From assembly GCA_963921275.4 (NCBI GenBank), contig OZ001293.3, positions 1,440,001-1,504,000 of the forward strand: a stretch of 64,000 bases of DNA. The letters are read 5' to 3'. This DNA comes from an uncultured Hormoscilla sp. Its GTDB lineage: Bacteria; Cyanobacteriota; Cyanobacteriia; Cyanobacteriales; Desertifilaceae. Positions 22,762 through 34,185 of this stretch are shown here, one piece after another. Each line of letters opens with the position of its first letter. Positions within the stretch are counted from its first letter, which is position 1. The notes beneath the pieces were generated by a model, which worked only from the letters and a program-made list of their open reading frames with translations, was not told the DNA's origin and made no database searches. Made by a program: the position numbers and the translations under genes.

Positions 22762-23105
22762 GGTAAGTGGTAAGTGGTAAGTGGTAAGTGGTTAGCGAGA
22801 CTTTGGGAAAAAATAGGCGTCAATGAGCCTCAAACCCTTTCACAGAGCTACTTTTAGGTCGCGATGTCTGAGGGGTTTTCGCCATGCGTCCCGAAGACAT
22901 CGGAAGGTCTCAATCTCCGTAGGCTCAGGGTTTGCTGCCATTTAATACCCTTCGACGTAAAACCCCCCACTCCGTAAGGGTTTGAGCAGTTTTTGGCCTG
23001 AGAAAATTGCTCTTGTCCCGTTAGTGGTTAGTGGTTAGTGGACAAAGAACAACTGACAACGAACAACTGACAACCCACAACTGACAACGAACAACGAACA
23101 ACTGA
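22762..23105. repeat. Heptamer STRR-type tandem repeats flanking an unexplained non-coding block
   Basis: GGTAAGT x4 at 22762-22795; GGTTAGT and ACAACTG/ACGAACA runs at 23020-23105. Confidence 0.75.
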
Positions 23106-23651
23106 CTACTGACAGTGGTTAGTGCAATAGCGCTGTAGCAGTGTAGTTAAGAACTCTGATGCGGTAGTCCGTTGAGCATTGCCGTCGGGGAGTTGCCACC
23201 AACCTGATACAGTATCGGGCTCACGCCACAATTCCAAATGTGCCACTGGGGGGTTAGCATAGAAACTATCTTCTCCCGTTCCCAGTAACCTGGAACTCCA
23301 GTGGGTAAAATAATCGTGACTGAGTCGATGGATAGGGAAATTGCCCAACAGCGGTACACCCCAACCATCCAGAGCAAAAAACGCTTTTACCTTACCTCCC
23401 CACATCTGCCATTGCCAAGCTGCGCCTATTGCCCCAACTACTCCAGCGCTAAAGCAGATCGAGATGATGGCCTCGCTCTCACGCCCAGGTTCTCCTATAT
23501 TATCCCTCAAAAACTGCCAAACCTGAACTGCCGAGACCGGGGAGTAACCCGATGCTGGAAAAATCATAGCAGGCGCAGATAATTCTAAGACTTGGAGAAA
23601 GCTTTCCGTTAGGGCGCGATCGTGAATTCCCGGACAAATAATTATCTTCAT
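23106..23651 (-). CDS. Conserved cyanobacterial hypothetical protein (alpha/beta-hydrolase-like)
   Basis: ICPGIH, FSAGVVGA, LDGWGVP, SHDYFTHWSS. Confidence 0.75.
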   Translation of the reverse strand: MKIIICPGIHDRALTESFLQVLELSAPAMIFPASGYSPVSAVQVWQFLRDNIGEPGRESEAIISICFSAGVVGAIGAAWQWQMWGGKVKAFFALDGWGVPLLGNFPIHRLSHDYFTHWSSRLLGTGEDSFYANPPVAHLELWREPDTVSGWWQLPDGNAQRTTASEFLTTLLQRYCTNHCQ

Positions 23652-23727
23652 GTGGAAATTGCTAATTGCTTATACGAAGTGCGCGTAGCGCTATTGCTAA
23701 TTGCCATGAACGATTAACCATTAACTA

Positions 23728-24487
23728 TTAACCATTAACCATTAACGCTTGACCACCGTCAATTACCAACTCAGCACCAGTCATGAACTTTGATTCATCA
23801 GAGGCAAGGAAAACCACAGCATAGGCAATGTCCGAAGGTTCCCTCCAAACACCCAAAGGTATTTTAGCCCGAACTGGCTCTTCTCGAAGTTGCCGATCCT
23901 CCCCTTCACCCAAAAAACCATCCCAGATCGGAGTTAGTATTGGTCCGGGTAGAATGCAGTTACAGCGAATATTATAACTTGCTTGAGCGCAATAGAGAGC
24001 AACGGACTTAGAATAATGACACAGGCTAGCTTTACTCGCGCCATAAGCTATAGTTCCCGGCGTAGGAGTAATGCCTGCCAGATTCGATGCACTCTGCGCG
24101 CGCGGTTGAGCACTGCTTAATGTGCTCTGCGCGCGCTACTCGCACTGCGCGGAGCACATTAATCGCACATCGAAGACACATTCACGATCTCCCCTCCTCC
24201 AGTATCCTTCATCATGCCGATAGCATATTGGCAACCCAGGAACACCCCTTCCATATTCACCTGCATCACCTGACGCCATAGTTCCAAAGTAGCATTTTCT
24301 GGATTTTGTGGTCCCGGAATGCCAGTAATTCCGGTACGTCCCTGCCAAAGCGATCGCGACCGTCCCGATCGGAGCGATCTGATACCAGCACTTGCGCACC
24401 TTCGCTAGAAAGCATTATCGCCGTCGCCCTGCCAATTCCCGAAGCCCCTCCTGTTACCAAAGCCACCTTACCTTCAACTCGTCCCAT
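23728..24487 (-). pseudogene. SDR oxidoreductase disrupted by frameshifts and an 88-nt hairpin insertion
   Basis: TGGASGIG, IVNVSS|NLAG, YGASK, FMTGAELVIDGG. Confidence 0.85.
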
Positions 24488-24508
24488 TATCCTTTCCTCT
24501 CATCCCAA

Positions 24509-26435
24509 TTATTTGACTTTTGTTTGCCGAATCGGAATTTCAATTTGAAACACAGCCCCTCGGCCTGCTATAGATATACATTGCAGCTGGCCCTGATGTT
24601 TTTGCACCACTATTTGGTAACTTACATACAGGCCCAAACCGGTGCTTTTCCCCACAGGTTTGGTCGTAAAAAACGGGTCAAATATCCGGCTTTGGGCTTC
24701 AGCACTCATTCCCGGACCATTATCAGCTATTTCTATGATAACGCGGTCTTGTTCTAAATATTGAGTTCTAATTCCTATTGTCCTTTTTTCGCGGTCATTG
24801 TACTTTAGACAAGAGGACTCTAAAGCATCAATAGCATTAACTATAATATTCATAAACACCTGATTCAGGTGACCCGGATAGCATTGCACCAAAGGCAGCT
24901 GGCCAAATTCCTTAATCACGGAAATATCGCCACATTTGTTAGCGTGCAAGCGGTTTTGCAAGATTAATAAGGTACTTTCAATTCCTTCATGAATATCAAC
25001 CCACTTCATCTGGGCTTCATCCAGACGGGAAAAGTTGCGCAAAGACAGAACAATCTGGCGGATGCGCTCCGTTCCCCCTTGCATCGATTCCATAATTTTG
25101 GCGAGATCCTCCTGAAGGAACTCCAAGTCATTCTCCTCTAGGTATTCTGCAATTATAGCACTTGGTTGGGGTATATTCCTGTTGATATAGTTCTACCAGT
25201 TGGAGCAACTCTCTGGCATATTTATTAACATAGGGGAGGTTACCGTGGATAAAATTAACAGGATTATTAATTTCATGAGCAACCCCAGCAACTAGCTGAC
25301 CCAGAGAAGACATTTTTTCCGACTGAATCAGTTGAGCTTGGGTATTTTGCAATTGGCGCACTGTCAGCTCCAGCTGGCGAGCTTTTTCTCGTTCTCGCGC
25401 TTCACTTAAAAACAGCGTCTCTTCAGTCAGCTTGCGCTCTGTGATATCTGTATGGGAGCCAACCATTCGCACTGGGGTTCCCTGTTCGTCCCAGACTGCT
25501 TGTCCCCGTAAGAGCACCCATTTGTAATTGCCATCTTTGCAGCGCAGGCGATACTCTGCCGCATAATAGGGAGTAGTCCGCTCTAGGTGGTCTCGCAGGG
25601 AGTCGATCACCCAACCTCGATCCTCGGGATGTATGCGGCTTTCCCATTCATCGAAATGGTTCGCAAACTCCCAGTCTCCATAGCCTAGCATTTCCTGCCA
25701 GCAGGAGGAGAAAAAGACTTGATTAGTTTTGATATTCCAGTCCCAAACGCCATCGCGATCGCCCTGGAAGACTAACTGGGCGACTACTCGGGCGACTACT
25801 CGGGCGGCTACTTGCCAGGGTTCTTCACTTTCTTTTAATTCCCTTACTGTCTGCTTTAATTGGGCGGTGCGCTGCTCAACGCTGATATCGGTGCCAATGG
25901 AGAGGATACCCGTGAAGCTTCCTGACTCATCCATCAGAGCTTTATGCCACCAACCAATCCAAACCTGTTCGGCATTCTGACGGATATGTTCATTTTCATG
26001 GTACTTTTGGGAGGATTCTAAGATATCAGAGAGCATGGTTGCCAGGTCATTACCAGACAGATCGGTTTGTGGGAAAATTGTGCCAATTACATTTTTACCG
26101 ATGATTTCTTCCGACGAATAGCCAAAGAAGCTTTGGGCGTACTCATTCAAGAAAGTAATATTTCTCTGGGTATCCAGGCGCAAAATAATGCTATGAGCAT
26201 TTTCCACCAATTCCCGATACTTATCTTCTACAGCGAGGCGCAATTGCACTGGGTAGTAGATAAACACCAGTACCCCAGTCAACAGGGCCAGCAGGCCGCT
26301 AGCAGTTTTCAGCCAAAATGTTAATGGTGCATGGGATAAGCACTGTTGTTCTGAGCCGGACAGCACCCATACACCGGCAATAACTAGCACTACTGCTGAC
26401 AGCGCTGTCAAGTAAGGCGTCCATCTCAATTTCAC
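24509..26435 (-). pseudogene. PAS-PAS sensor histidine kinase, frameshifted near 25165
   Basis: PAS domains and AHEINNP H-box in ORF 25128..26435; N, G1, F and G2 boxes in ORF 24509..25126. Confidence 0.85.
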
Positions 26436-26624
26436 GATCGTCGGTAGATTTTTTGACCCTATCAGCTACTTTAGTTTACATACCTTGGGGACCGGTCTGC
26501 GATCGCAGACCAGTCCCATCTCCAGTGACAAATACCCCCCTAGGGGTATGCTACTCTAGGATAGGCAATGCACCGGAGCATCCGGTGCATTGTCAGAGTA
26601 AATTATCCAATAGAGGATGACATT

Positions 26625-27821
26625 GTGGTTGCTACAGCAGAACAACAGCAAGTAGTCTCGCCCAACTCACAGCCAGGCAGCGATTGCGCTGCGCGCACGC
26701 TACGCGAACGGGTTGCCGTGCTGCTGATGGGCTATGGTGAGGTGGAAAGCTACGATGATTTTGCCAATTATAACGAACAAGCCTTAAATCTGCTCACGGC
26801 CAAGTTTGCCCCAGTTCCCACCTGGATCTATCCCCCCCTAGCCAAGCTACTGGCCATGTTTGACTTGCATGAGTGGAATCACCGGCATGGTAACTTTATT
26901 TCGCCCCACAATGCAATTTTTGAGCGGCAGCGGGCGGGCATTGAAGGGCATCTTCAGTCCAAATGGGGAGAAAAGGTGCAACTCTTCAAAGCATTCAACT
27001 TCTGCGCCCCCTTTCTCCCCGCACAGGTTTTAGCAGAAATCAAAACCCAAGGATTTGACAAGCTGCTGATTTATCCCCTGCTGGTTGTGGATTCCATCTT
27101 CACCAGTGGCATTGCCGTCGAACAGGTAAATAATGCCCTGGCCCAGTTGACAGACTCCGGCCTAGAACATTGGGTCAAAAGACAGCGTTACATTCCCTCA
27201 TTTTACAACGAACCGGACTACATTAACCTGCTGGCCCAGCTAGTTTCCGAGAAAATCGATCGGGAACTGGCAGTTGCCCACTTGCCATCGCAAACAGGTA
27301 TAGTATTGATGAATCATGGCTGTCCGCACAAGGCCAAAGGATTCACTTCTGGGATTACTGAAAGTCAGGTACTCTACGATTTAGTCCGAGAACAGCTGAT
27401 TTATAAGTATCCGCTGATTTCGATCGGTTGGCTCAACCACGATACACCTTTAATTGAATGGACGCAACCGAATGTGAAGTTAGCGGCGGAAAACTTAATC
27501 CAACTGGGGGCGACAGCGGTTGTGTTTATGCCCATTGGTTTTGCCACAGAGAACCACGAAACCTTGCTGGATGTGGACCACATTATACATGCCTTGCAGC
27601 ACCAGCATCGGGAGGTTAAGTACGTGCAGATGGAATGCGTTAACGACCATCCCGAGTTTTTGCGGATGGCAGCAGAGTGGGCAAATCCCCAGATTGAGGC
27701 ATTATTATCAGAAAATGCCTTGGCTGTCAATCCGCAATTAGCAGCAGCAGGAAATGGTCACCACCATCATCATCACCACGACCATGACCATCATCATCAC
27801 GACCATGACCATCATCATTAG
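26625..27821 (+). CDS. Ferrochelatase-family chelatase with His-rich C-terminal tail
   Basis: LLMGYG, MNHG, PIGFATENHETLLD; poly-H/D tail; no CAB domain. Confidence 0.85.
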   Translation: MVATAEQQQVVSPNSQPGSDCAARTLRERVAVLLMGYGEVESYDDFANYNEQALNLLTAKFAPVPTWIYPPLAKLLAMFDLHEWNHRHGNFISPHNAIFERQRAGIEGHLQSKWGEKVQLFKAFNFCAPFLPAQVLAEIKTQGFDKLLIYPLLVVDSIFTSGIAVEQVNNALAQLTDSGLEHWVKRQRYIPSFYNEPDYINLLAQLVSEKIDRELAVAHLPSQTGIVLMNHGCPHKAKGFTSGITESQVLYDLVREQLIYKYPLISIGWLNHDTPLIEWTQPNVKLAAENLIQLGATAVVFMPIGFATENHETLLDVDHIIHALQHQHREVKYVQMECVNDHPEFLRMAAEWANPQIEALLSENALAVNPQLAAAGNGHHHHHHHDHDHHHHDHDHHH

Positions 27822-27882
27822 GGTACTCGTGGTATAATAAGCAGTAGGGTGGGCATCGCCCACCTTCGCAATTAGCTATAAT

Positions 27883-28131
27883 TTGCAATTTGAGAGTTAT
27901 AATTATCAACTGTTGCAGCGGATCACGATCGATCAGAATATCTGCCACGGCAAACCCTGCATCCGGGGAATGCGCTATCCAGTAGAATGTATCCTGGAAT
28001 TGCTCTCGTCTGGCATGAGTATCGATGAAATTATCTCCGACTACGATGATTTGGAACGGGATGACATTCTCGCCGTTTTGCTGTTTGCCACTAGGCTGAC
28101 TCAAGTAAAAAGCATCTACAAAGTAGTATAA
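27883..28131 (+). CDS. DUF433 antitoxin-like protein
   Basis: RITIDQNICHGKPCIRGMRYPV. Confidence 0.88.
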   Translation: MQFESYNYQLLQRITIDQNICHGKPCIRGMRYPVECILELLSSGMSIDEIISDYDDLERDDILAVLLFATRLTQVKSIYKVV

Positions 28132-28481
28132 TGAAGTTTTTGATAGATGCACAGTTGCCAGTCGGTCTAGCCCGTCCGCTGCAATTGACTGGTTATGATA
28201 CGATTCACACCAAATATTTACTCTTGCAAAACCAAACTACCGATGTAGAAATTAACGCTATATAAATCCAGAGAAACTGAATTTTATCTCCAAATACAGA
28301 GATTTTTTTGAGTCGTTTATGATTTGCCAAGAACCAGATATGCTGTTGTTATTGACTACAGGCAAGATCGATAACATAGAACTGGTAGAGTTATTTATAA
28401 ATAACATACCACGGTTAGTTGAACTGTTCCAAGAATATTCGTTTATAGAAATGAATCGCAGTACAATTATCGTTCATCAGT
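28131..28481 (+). pseudogene. DUF5615 PIN-like toxin pseudogene
   Basis: MKFLIDAQLP...GYDTIHT...LLLLTTGKIDN with stops; coupled to the DUF433 gene. Confidence 0.8.
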
Positions 28482-28599
28482 AGGTCGCTCGCTGTCTGGA
28501 CTGGATGGCGCAAATGCTTTGGCATCACATAGGCGATCGTAATGATTAATAGTTAGTCGCAATTGACAATTCGTAATAAACAATTCGCAAAGGGGGACG

Positions 28600-28968
28600 G
28601 TGACTCGCAAACGGTTAATTATCGTTCCGGGGGATGGGAGTAGACCAGCACGGACAAGACCCGACGGTGGCAGCAGCAAGGGCGGTAAGCAATGCTATTG
28701 CTCATAATGCCTTGCCTGGGGTTTGGGAAGTGGCCAGTTTAAGTCACCCCGATCGCATGATTGTGGAAGTGCTCTTGTTCCTTTCCGGGAACTAGTGCGG
28801 TCAGCAGAAGTGCTGGAAGTCCTGCCGCAATGGTGCGCAAAACCATCGCAGTCGAGTCTGGGGGTATGGTAGTTCGGTCGAGCAATTCCCGAACTCAATG
28901 ATAAAAATGACGAAAAGTTAATCGCGGTTGCAGCTGTTACCGTTATAGTGGATAATGAGGATACATAG
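28600..28968 (+). pseudogene. Lin0512-family protein, frameshifted
   Basis: RKRLII..GMGVDQHGQDPTVAAARAVSNAIAHNALP...LIAVAAVTV. Confidence 0.75.
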
Positions 28969-28991
28969 CATTTAACAGCAGGAGGATCGTA

Positions 28992-29465
28992 ATGGTTCAA
29001 GAAGTATGGCAACAACCGGAAATCATTACTTGGAGTCAGCTGCTACTGGACAGCTACGAGAAGCTGCTAGGACATCAACTGATAGAAAGGAAGGGCAATG
29101 CCCAAGCACAGGCACAAGCACTCTTCTTTGCTCCCTTAGTAGTAGCATCTCATGGGACAGAAGCAGATCCTATATTAAATTATAGCAACCAAAAAGCTCT
29201 CGATCTCTGGGAGATGACATGGGATAATTTTACCAAAACCCCATCCAGGATGACTGCGGAACCGGTGAACAGAGAAGATCGTAAAAAAATGCTCGCCCAG
29301 GCAGCTAAACAAGGGTTTCTTGATAATTATCGGGGAGTGCGGATTACTAGTACAGGAAAACGTTTCCTAATTGAAAAAGCAATAGTATGGAATTTATTTG
29401 AGGAGCGAGATCGGCCCTGTGATCAAGGGGCTACTTTCTCGAAATGGTATTTCTTAAATGACTAA
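28992..29465 (+). CDS. MEKHLA domain protein
   Basis: SHGTEADPILNYSN, PSRMTAE, YRGVRITSTGKRF. Confidence 0.88.
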   Translation: MVQEVWQQPEIITWSQLLLDSYEKLLGHQLIERKGNAQAQAQALFFAPLVVASHGTEADPILNYSNQKALDLWEMTWDNFTKTPSRMTAEPVNREDRKKMLAQAAKQGFLDNYRGVRITSTGKRFLIEKAIVWNLFEERDRPCDQGATFSKWYFLND

Positions 29466-29513
29466 AAACAGCTTGGAGAAGTTGTGAAGGTTGAAATTGC
29501 CGGAGATGAACAA

Positions 29514-30330
29514 ATGAAAGATAAGAAGAACAAAGTTGCAGTGGTAACAGGTGAGAGTTCGGGCATAGGCAGATCGACCAAGCTTTTGCCGAGAAAGGGG
29601 CAAAAGTAGTTATTGCCAGTCGCAGGGTGAAGGAGAGTGAAGAAACGGTACAATTGGTGCAAGAGGCGGGGAGTGAAGCGATTTTTGTCCAAACTGATGT
29701 CAGTCAGGCGAATGAAGTGGAAAATTTAATTAGTCAGGCAGTAGAAACCTATGGTCGCATTGATTACGCTTTCAATAATGCTTGAGGGAAAACGAAGTTC
29801 AATCATTGAACAAAGTGAGTCGGACTGGAATGAAGTGATCGATATAAATCTTAAGAATACTTGGTTATCGATGAAATATCAAATAGCTGTGTCTCCTGGG
29901 TAGTGCGATTAGCGCTCCCAGGAGACACAGCAGTAGATGCTTTCGATGTCTGAGGGATGCAACGCAGGCAACCCCTCAGACATCGAAGCAGGGTCAAGGG
30001 GCGATAGTTAATAATATTTCCAGCACTGATAGGATCTCGTGTTTCTTGCATTTATGGTGCTAGCAAACATGGTGCGATCGGGTTGACAAAAAGCCTTGCC
30101 ATAGAGTATGCTAATGCGGGCATTAGAATTAATGCTGTCTGTCCTGCTGGCATAGACACAGATATGTTTGATCGTCTGTGGGGCAGTAATAAAGCTGAGT
30201 TGGCAGCTAAACATCCGATCGGACGTATTGGCACGAAGAAGTGGATAAGGCAGTAGTATGGTTGTGTTCTGATGCAGCTAGCTTTATAACTGGTCATTCC
30301 CTGGTGATTGACGGTGTTTTTACTATACAG
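29514..30330 (+). pseudogene. SDR oxidoreductase pseudogene with hairpin insertions
   Basis: [46 protein letters not shown]; frameshifts. Confidence 0.8.
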
Positions 30331-30499
30331 TAGAAAAGAGGATAAAAGAGGTCGATCGCCTGTTATGAGTGAGAAACAAACTGGAACCACCGATATGGTT
30401 GGTCCCCTTAGAGTCACGAGATTGCACGGGAAGCGATCGAATCGTGGATGCCGGTTTGGGAATGGTTTTATCACTACTATTTTCGGGTGAAAAGCTCAG

Positions 30500-30850
30500 G
30501 TTGGCATTACATCCCCACTGAGTCAAGGGTTTTGTTCGTGGGTTCCCATAATGGGGGACTAGCGGCTCCCGATATAGTCATATGATGTATGATTTGTTCC
30601 GTCGCTTTGGTACGTCTCGTCCAGTCTACGGTTTGCTGCACTCCCATGTTTGGAAGGTTTATCAACCACTCTCTAAGTTAGCGGCCCAGATCGGGGCAAT
30701 TATGGCCCATCCGAGGTTATTCGACCTAGATCGCGAAGTATTTCCCATTCAGGTTCATGTCAAATATCGCAAAGACACTTCCTCCTGATACATCTGTAAT
30801 TTGGTACAAGGCGCTTCTGCCCGATCGCTAAAGCGTGCCACGATTGCGCT
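30500..30850 (+). pseudogene. Possible thioesterase/PKS-NRPS domain remnant
   Basis: FVGSHNGG...LFRRFGTSRPVYGL resembles a thioesterase N-terminus. Confidence 0.3.
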
Positions 30851-30983
30851 GACGGTGTCTCCTGGGTAGTACGAATAGTGCTCCCAGGAGACGCCGAGCA
30901 CCGACAGGCTACCGGTCCTACGCGAACGAACGGGCAAGCGCTTTAGCTCTTATCTTACTACAAACGGGGGTTATACCTTAACC

Positions 30984-31319
30984 CTAATCACCTTGCTGAC
31001 CGAATAAATGGTCCAAGATGCGCCGATTTTCCACCTGCAATCCTCGAATCTCCAGTTGAATATCTCGAATCTCCTGTTTGATTTCTCGGATATCCTGTTT
31101 TGCATCTTGGATCTCAGAAACAATTACCTCAAAATTGCGCTGAAATTGGTTAGCTGTCTCGATCAGGCTACTGACTGCTAGCCTCATATCAATGAGCGCC
31201 GTTGTATTCTTCTCGATCTGCTGGCTGTTTGCCTCGATCTGCTGGCTGTTTGCCTCAAGGATTGCCTCTATCCTGTCCAACCGGTTTTCTATCTTGTCCC
31301 AGTTTTGTTCCTTGGTCAT
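30984..31319 (-). CDS. Coiled-coil hypothetical protein
   Basis: Heptad repeats (IEANSQQ x2), C-terminal GLQVENRRILDHL; AAGGAG RBS. Confidence 0.7.
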   Translation of the reverse strand: MTKEQNWDKIENRLDRIEAILEANSQQIEANSQQIEKNTTALIDMRLAVSSLIETANQFQRNFEVIVSEIQDAKQDIREIKQEIRDIQLEIRGLQVENRRILDHLFGQQGD

Positions 31320-32281
31320 CTCCTTATTCCTCCACGATCGCTTTTCTTGATTCTACCTCAATCGCTGCTATCATCAGTTGAGCAAACCTTTTTCCTGAAC
31401 CCACCCTATTATTAGCTTTCATCAAGAAACACTGTTTATTTTTTGTCAATGTCTGGATTTTTGCGATCGCCTCACCATCGACACGGTTTCTGAGAAATGG
31501 GTGCATCTCCTAGAAGTAAATATACAATAAAGTGACAGGGGTTTTCCGGCGAGCGCCCACATTTATATACCACCCTATGGTTTTGTCTATTAATTTCTTC
31601 GATGTGCTCTGCACACGCTACTGCGCATGGCACAGCGCTGCAACGTTGCTCTTTTTATCTTTGCTCTTCAATGATATTCTTTTATTTATATAGTTTGATG
31701 ATTTATATAATTTTGATGATTTTGTAAAAAATTAAAAAAATGCCAAAATTTATGTTATGCTTAAGTTCTGGCTTGTTAGGCTATTCAGTCTATTTATGTA
31801 GGGATGCAATGGTTCGGAATCTTTACATTTATGGTGGGGATTGTTATCGCTAAGTAACTTGGGGGCGATTTGGGTGAGTGGAGAGCAGCAGGTAATAAAG
31901 GCGATCGCACTATCGGATAATGGTTGCGTAGTAACTTTGTGAGTGATAATGGATTGAAAAAAAATGCACAATTACAGTATTTCGATGTCCCCTGGGAGCA
32001 CTATTCGTACTACCCAGGGGACATCGAAGCGGGGTTAAAAATGGTTGATTGAGAATCGTATATTGTTAATAGTCAGAAATGTTGAGAATGCATCTCAATA
32101 ATGGCTAATGGCTAATGGATAATTGTCAATTGTCCAAGTTCACCCGCTATAACCGGCAAGCGCTAAAGCGCTTACTACAAACATTAGGATAATTTACAAA
32201 ACTTAACATCATTAAGCCAGAACATGGGTTAGACTAGCGGAAGCAAAGAATTCGAGAACCCAGAGAGTCGAGGATCGCCAA

Positions 32282-33000
32282 ATGACTCAAGCAGGACTTC
32301 TACCAAAAAATCAGACCAGCACGCAACCGCTATCAGGTGAAAAAAAGCTAGTAGTCATCGATGTCTGAGAGGTTGCATGCGTTGCATCCCGAAGACATCG
32401 AAGACCCCAGGGTAGAAGACTACCAAATGCTAGCCGCAGGAGTTCTCAACATTGTCCAGATCGCGATCGCGCAGGACACGTAGCCCGGTGCGCGCAGCGC
32501 AATCCTGGAAACAGATCGGGATGGCGTTGCACAAATAACCCAGGCCCTAACACGAGATATCGGACTTTCCCATCAATGAATTACGGCAACGGGATTGAAA
32601 CTCGGGATTGAAACGATTTCGATAATAGCACGATCACGCTCTCTTTGGCTCCCGAACAGACCACGACCGTTATTACCATTCCGATCGACGACGATGACAT
32701 AGCAGAAGACACCGAAAACCTGACTCTCACCTTAACCAATACTAGCGTCGGGATTGAAACGGGCAGCAAAAGTACAGCTACTCTAGAAATAATCGATAAT
32801 GATAATGTAGTAAATCCGGTAAATCTGGACATTGACAGCAATGGCCAAACAGATGCTCTTACAGACGGCATTTTGGCTATCCGTTATCTGTTTGGTGCTA
32901 GAGATAATGCCCTGATTAATAATGCGATCGTTCCGGATGCCACCCGTACCGATGCCCCTAGCATACTCAGCTTCCTGCAATCATTCGTTCCCGTAGCGTG
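32282..33000 (+). pseudogene. DUF4347 + Calx-beta-like surface protein remnant
   Basis: LVVID|PRVEDYQMLAAG, DGVAQITQAL, IDDDDIAEDTENLTLTL, LDIDSNGQTDALTDGILAIRYLFG; two small insertions. Confidence 0.65.
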
Positions 33001-33019
33001 CTCGGCGGGGATACCGAAA

Positions 33020-33715
33020 GCTCCCCGGGGACACCGGTGGCTTTTGGCATCCGCAACAAGCAGCCGTATCGTTCTACCTTTGTAGTTGCTGATGAAGGAG
33101 TGCAACCAGTTTTTGTTCTGGAAGTGGTATCGCCTCGCGATGTGCGATTAATGTGCTCTGCGTAGTGCGAATAGCGCGCGCAGAGCGCACATTAAGCAGT
33201 GCGATCGCGCAGGACACGTAGCCCGGTGCGCGCAATGTAGCGCGAGGTATCTCCCCTTTTGTGCGATTAGCGCTCCCAGGAGACACAGCAGCAGAGCACA
33301 TCGCTACCGCAAGGAAGACAAGGAAACTAAAGTAATCGAATACGAACAGGCCGAAATTGGTCAATACGTAATTATAGATCGGCGCAGTCTGCGCGGTCAA
33401 GTAATAGATGAGGTGCTGGGTTATCGGTTAGTAGCCGGACGCTATCAATCTATTATTCCAGACGATGACGGACGCCTTCCCTGCGAGACGATTCGGTTGT
33501 GGATCGGTATGCAGGATGGTCGTTTGGTGCTGGAAGACATGGAAACTGGAGAAAGGTTGCAGAAATCCAGAGAATTGAAAGCGGAAAATCAGGAATTGAA
33601 AGCCCAAAATCAGGAATGGGAAGCTAAATTCACCGAATGGGAAGCCCAAAATCAAGAATTGCAAACTCGCTTACAGGAACTGGAAGCCGAACAGGAAAGG
33701 CGTCAATCATCATAA
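33020..33715 (+). pseudogene. Uma2 family endonuclease interrupted by a 166-nt composite hairpin element (33138-33303)
   Basis: PVFVLEVVSPR|YRKED...YVIID...LGYRL; coiled-coil tail. Confidence 0.8.
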
Positions 33716-34011
33716 GGGTTAAGGGATAAAATGCTATCGGCACCGAATTGTATTGACGGCACCACTGGGCGATCGCGCGTGTCTGGCCTTTTCGAGGCGA
33801 TCGCGCCAACCTGGTTTCTTGCCACAAGGGGGCGATCGCGCCCATCCCAGGAACCAGAAAATTATAGATTAGTAAGGAAGAGGTCTGGGTGCATCTCACT
33901 TTGGCCGCGGGTAGATCAGCGGTAGCCCTCTAACCCGGTTTTTTGCTCATACCGGGTTTCTTATACATTAAAGAGATGCGCCCGTTGCTGTTTCCTTGGA
34001 TGGCATTCGGG

Positions 34012-34177
34012 GCAAGGACTAAAGTCCTTACTACGAACCACTAGGAACGAGCAAGGATTTTAGTCTTGATTACCAACGGAGCAAGGACTTTAGTCCTTAC
34101 TACGAACCACTAGGAACGAGCAAGGATTTTAGTCTTGATTACCAACGGAGCAAGGACTTTAGTCCTTACTACGAACC
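34012..34177. repeat. Tandem REP-like palindromes downstream of the prohibitin gene
   Basis: GCAAGGACT(AA/TT)AGTCCTTACTACGAAC alternating with GCAAGGATTTTAGTCTTGATTACCAAC (69-nt period). Confidence 0.85.
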
Positions 34178-34185
34178 ATAGGATT

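Noticed and set aside
34012..34177. Possible CRISPR mini-array
   Set aside because: The apparent spacers are themselves repeated and related to the repeat; it is a REP-like tandem
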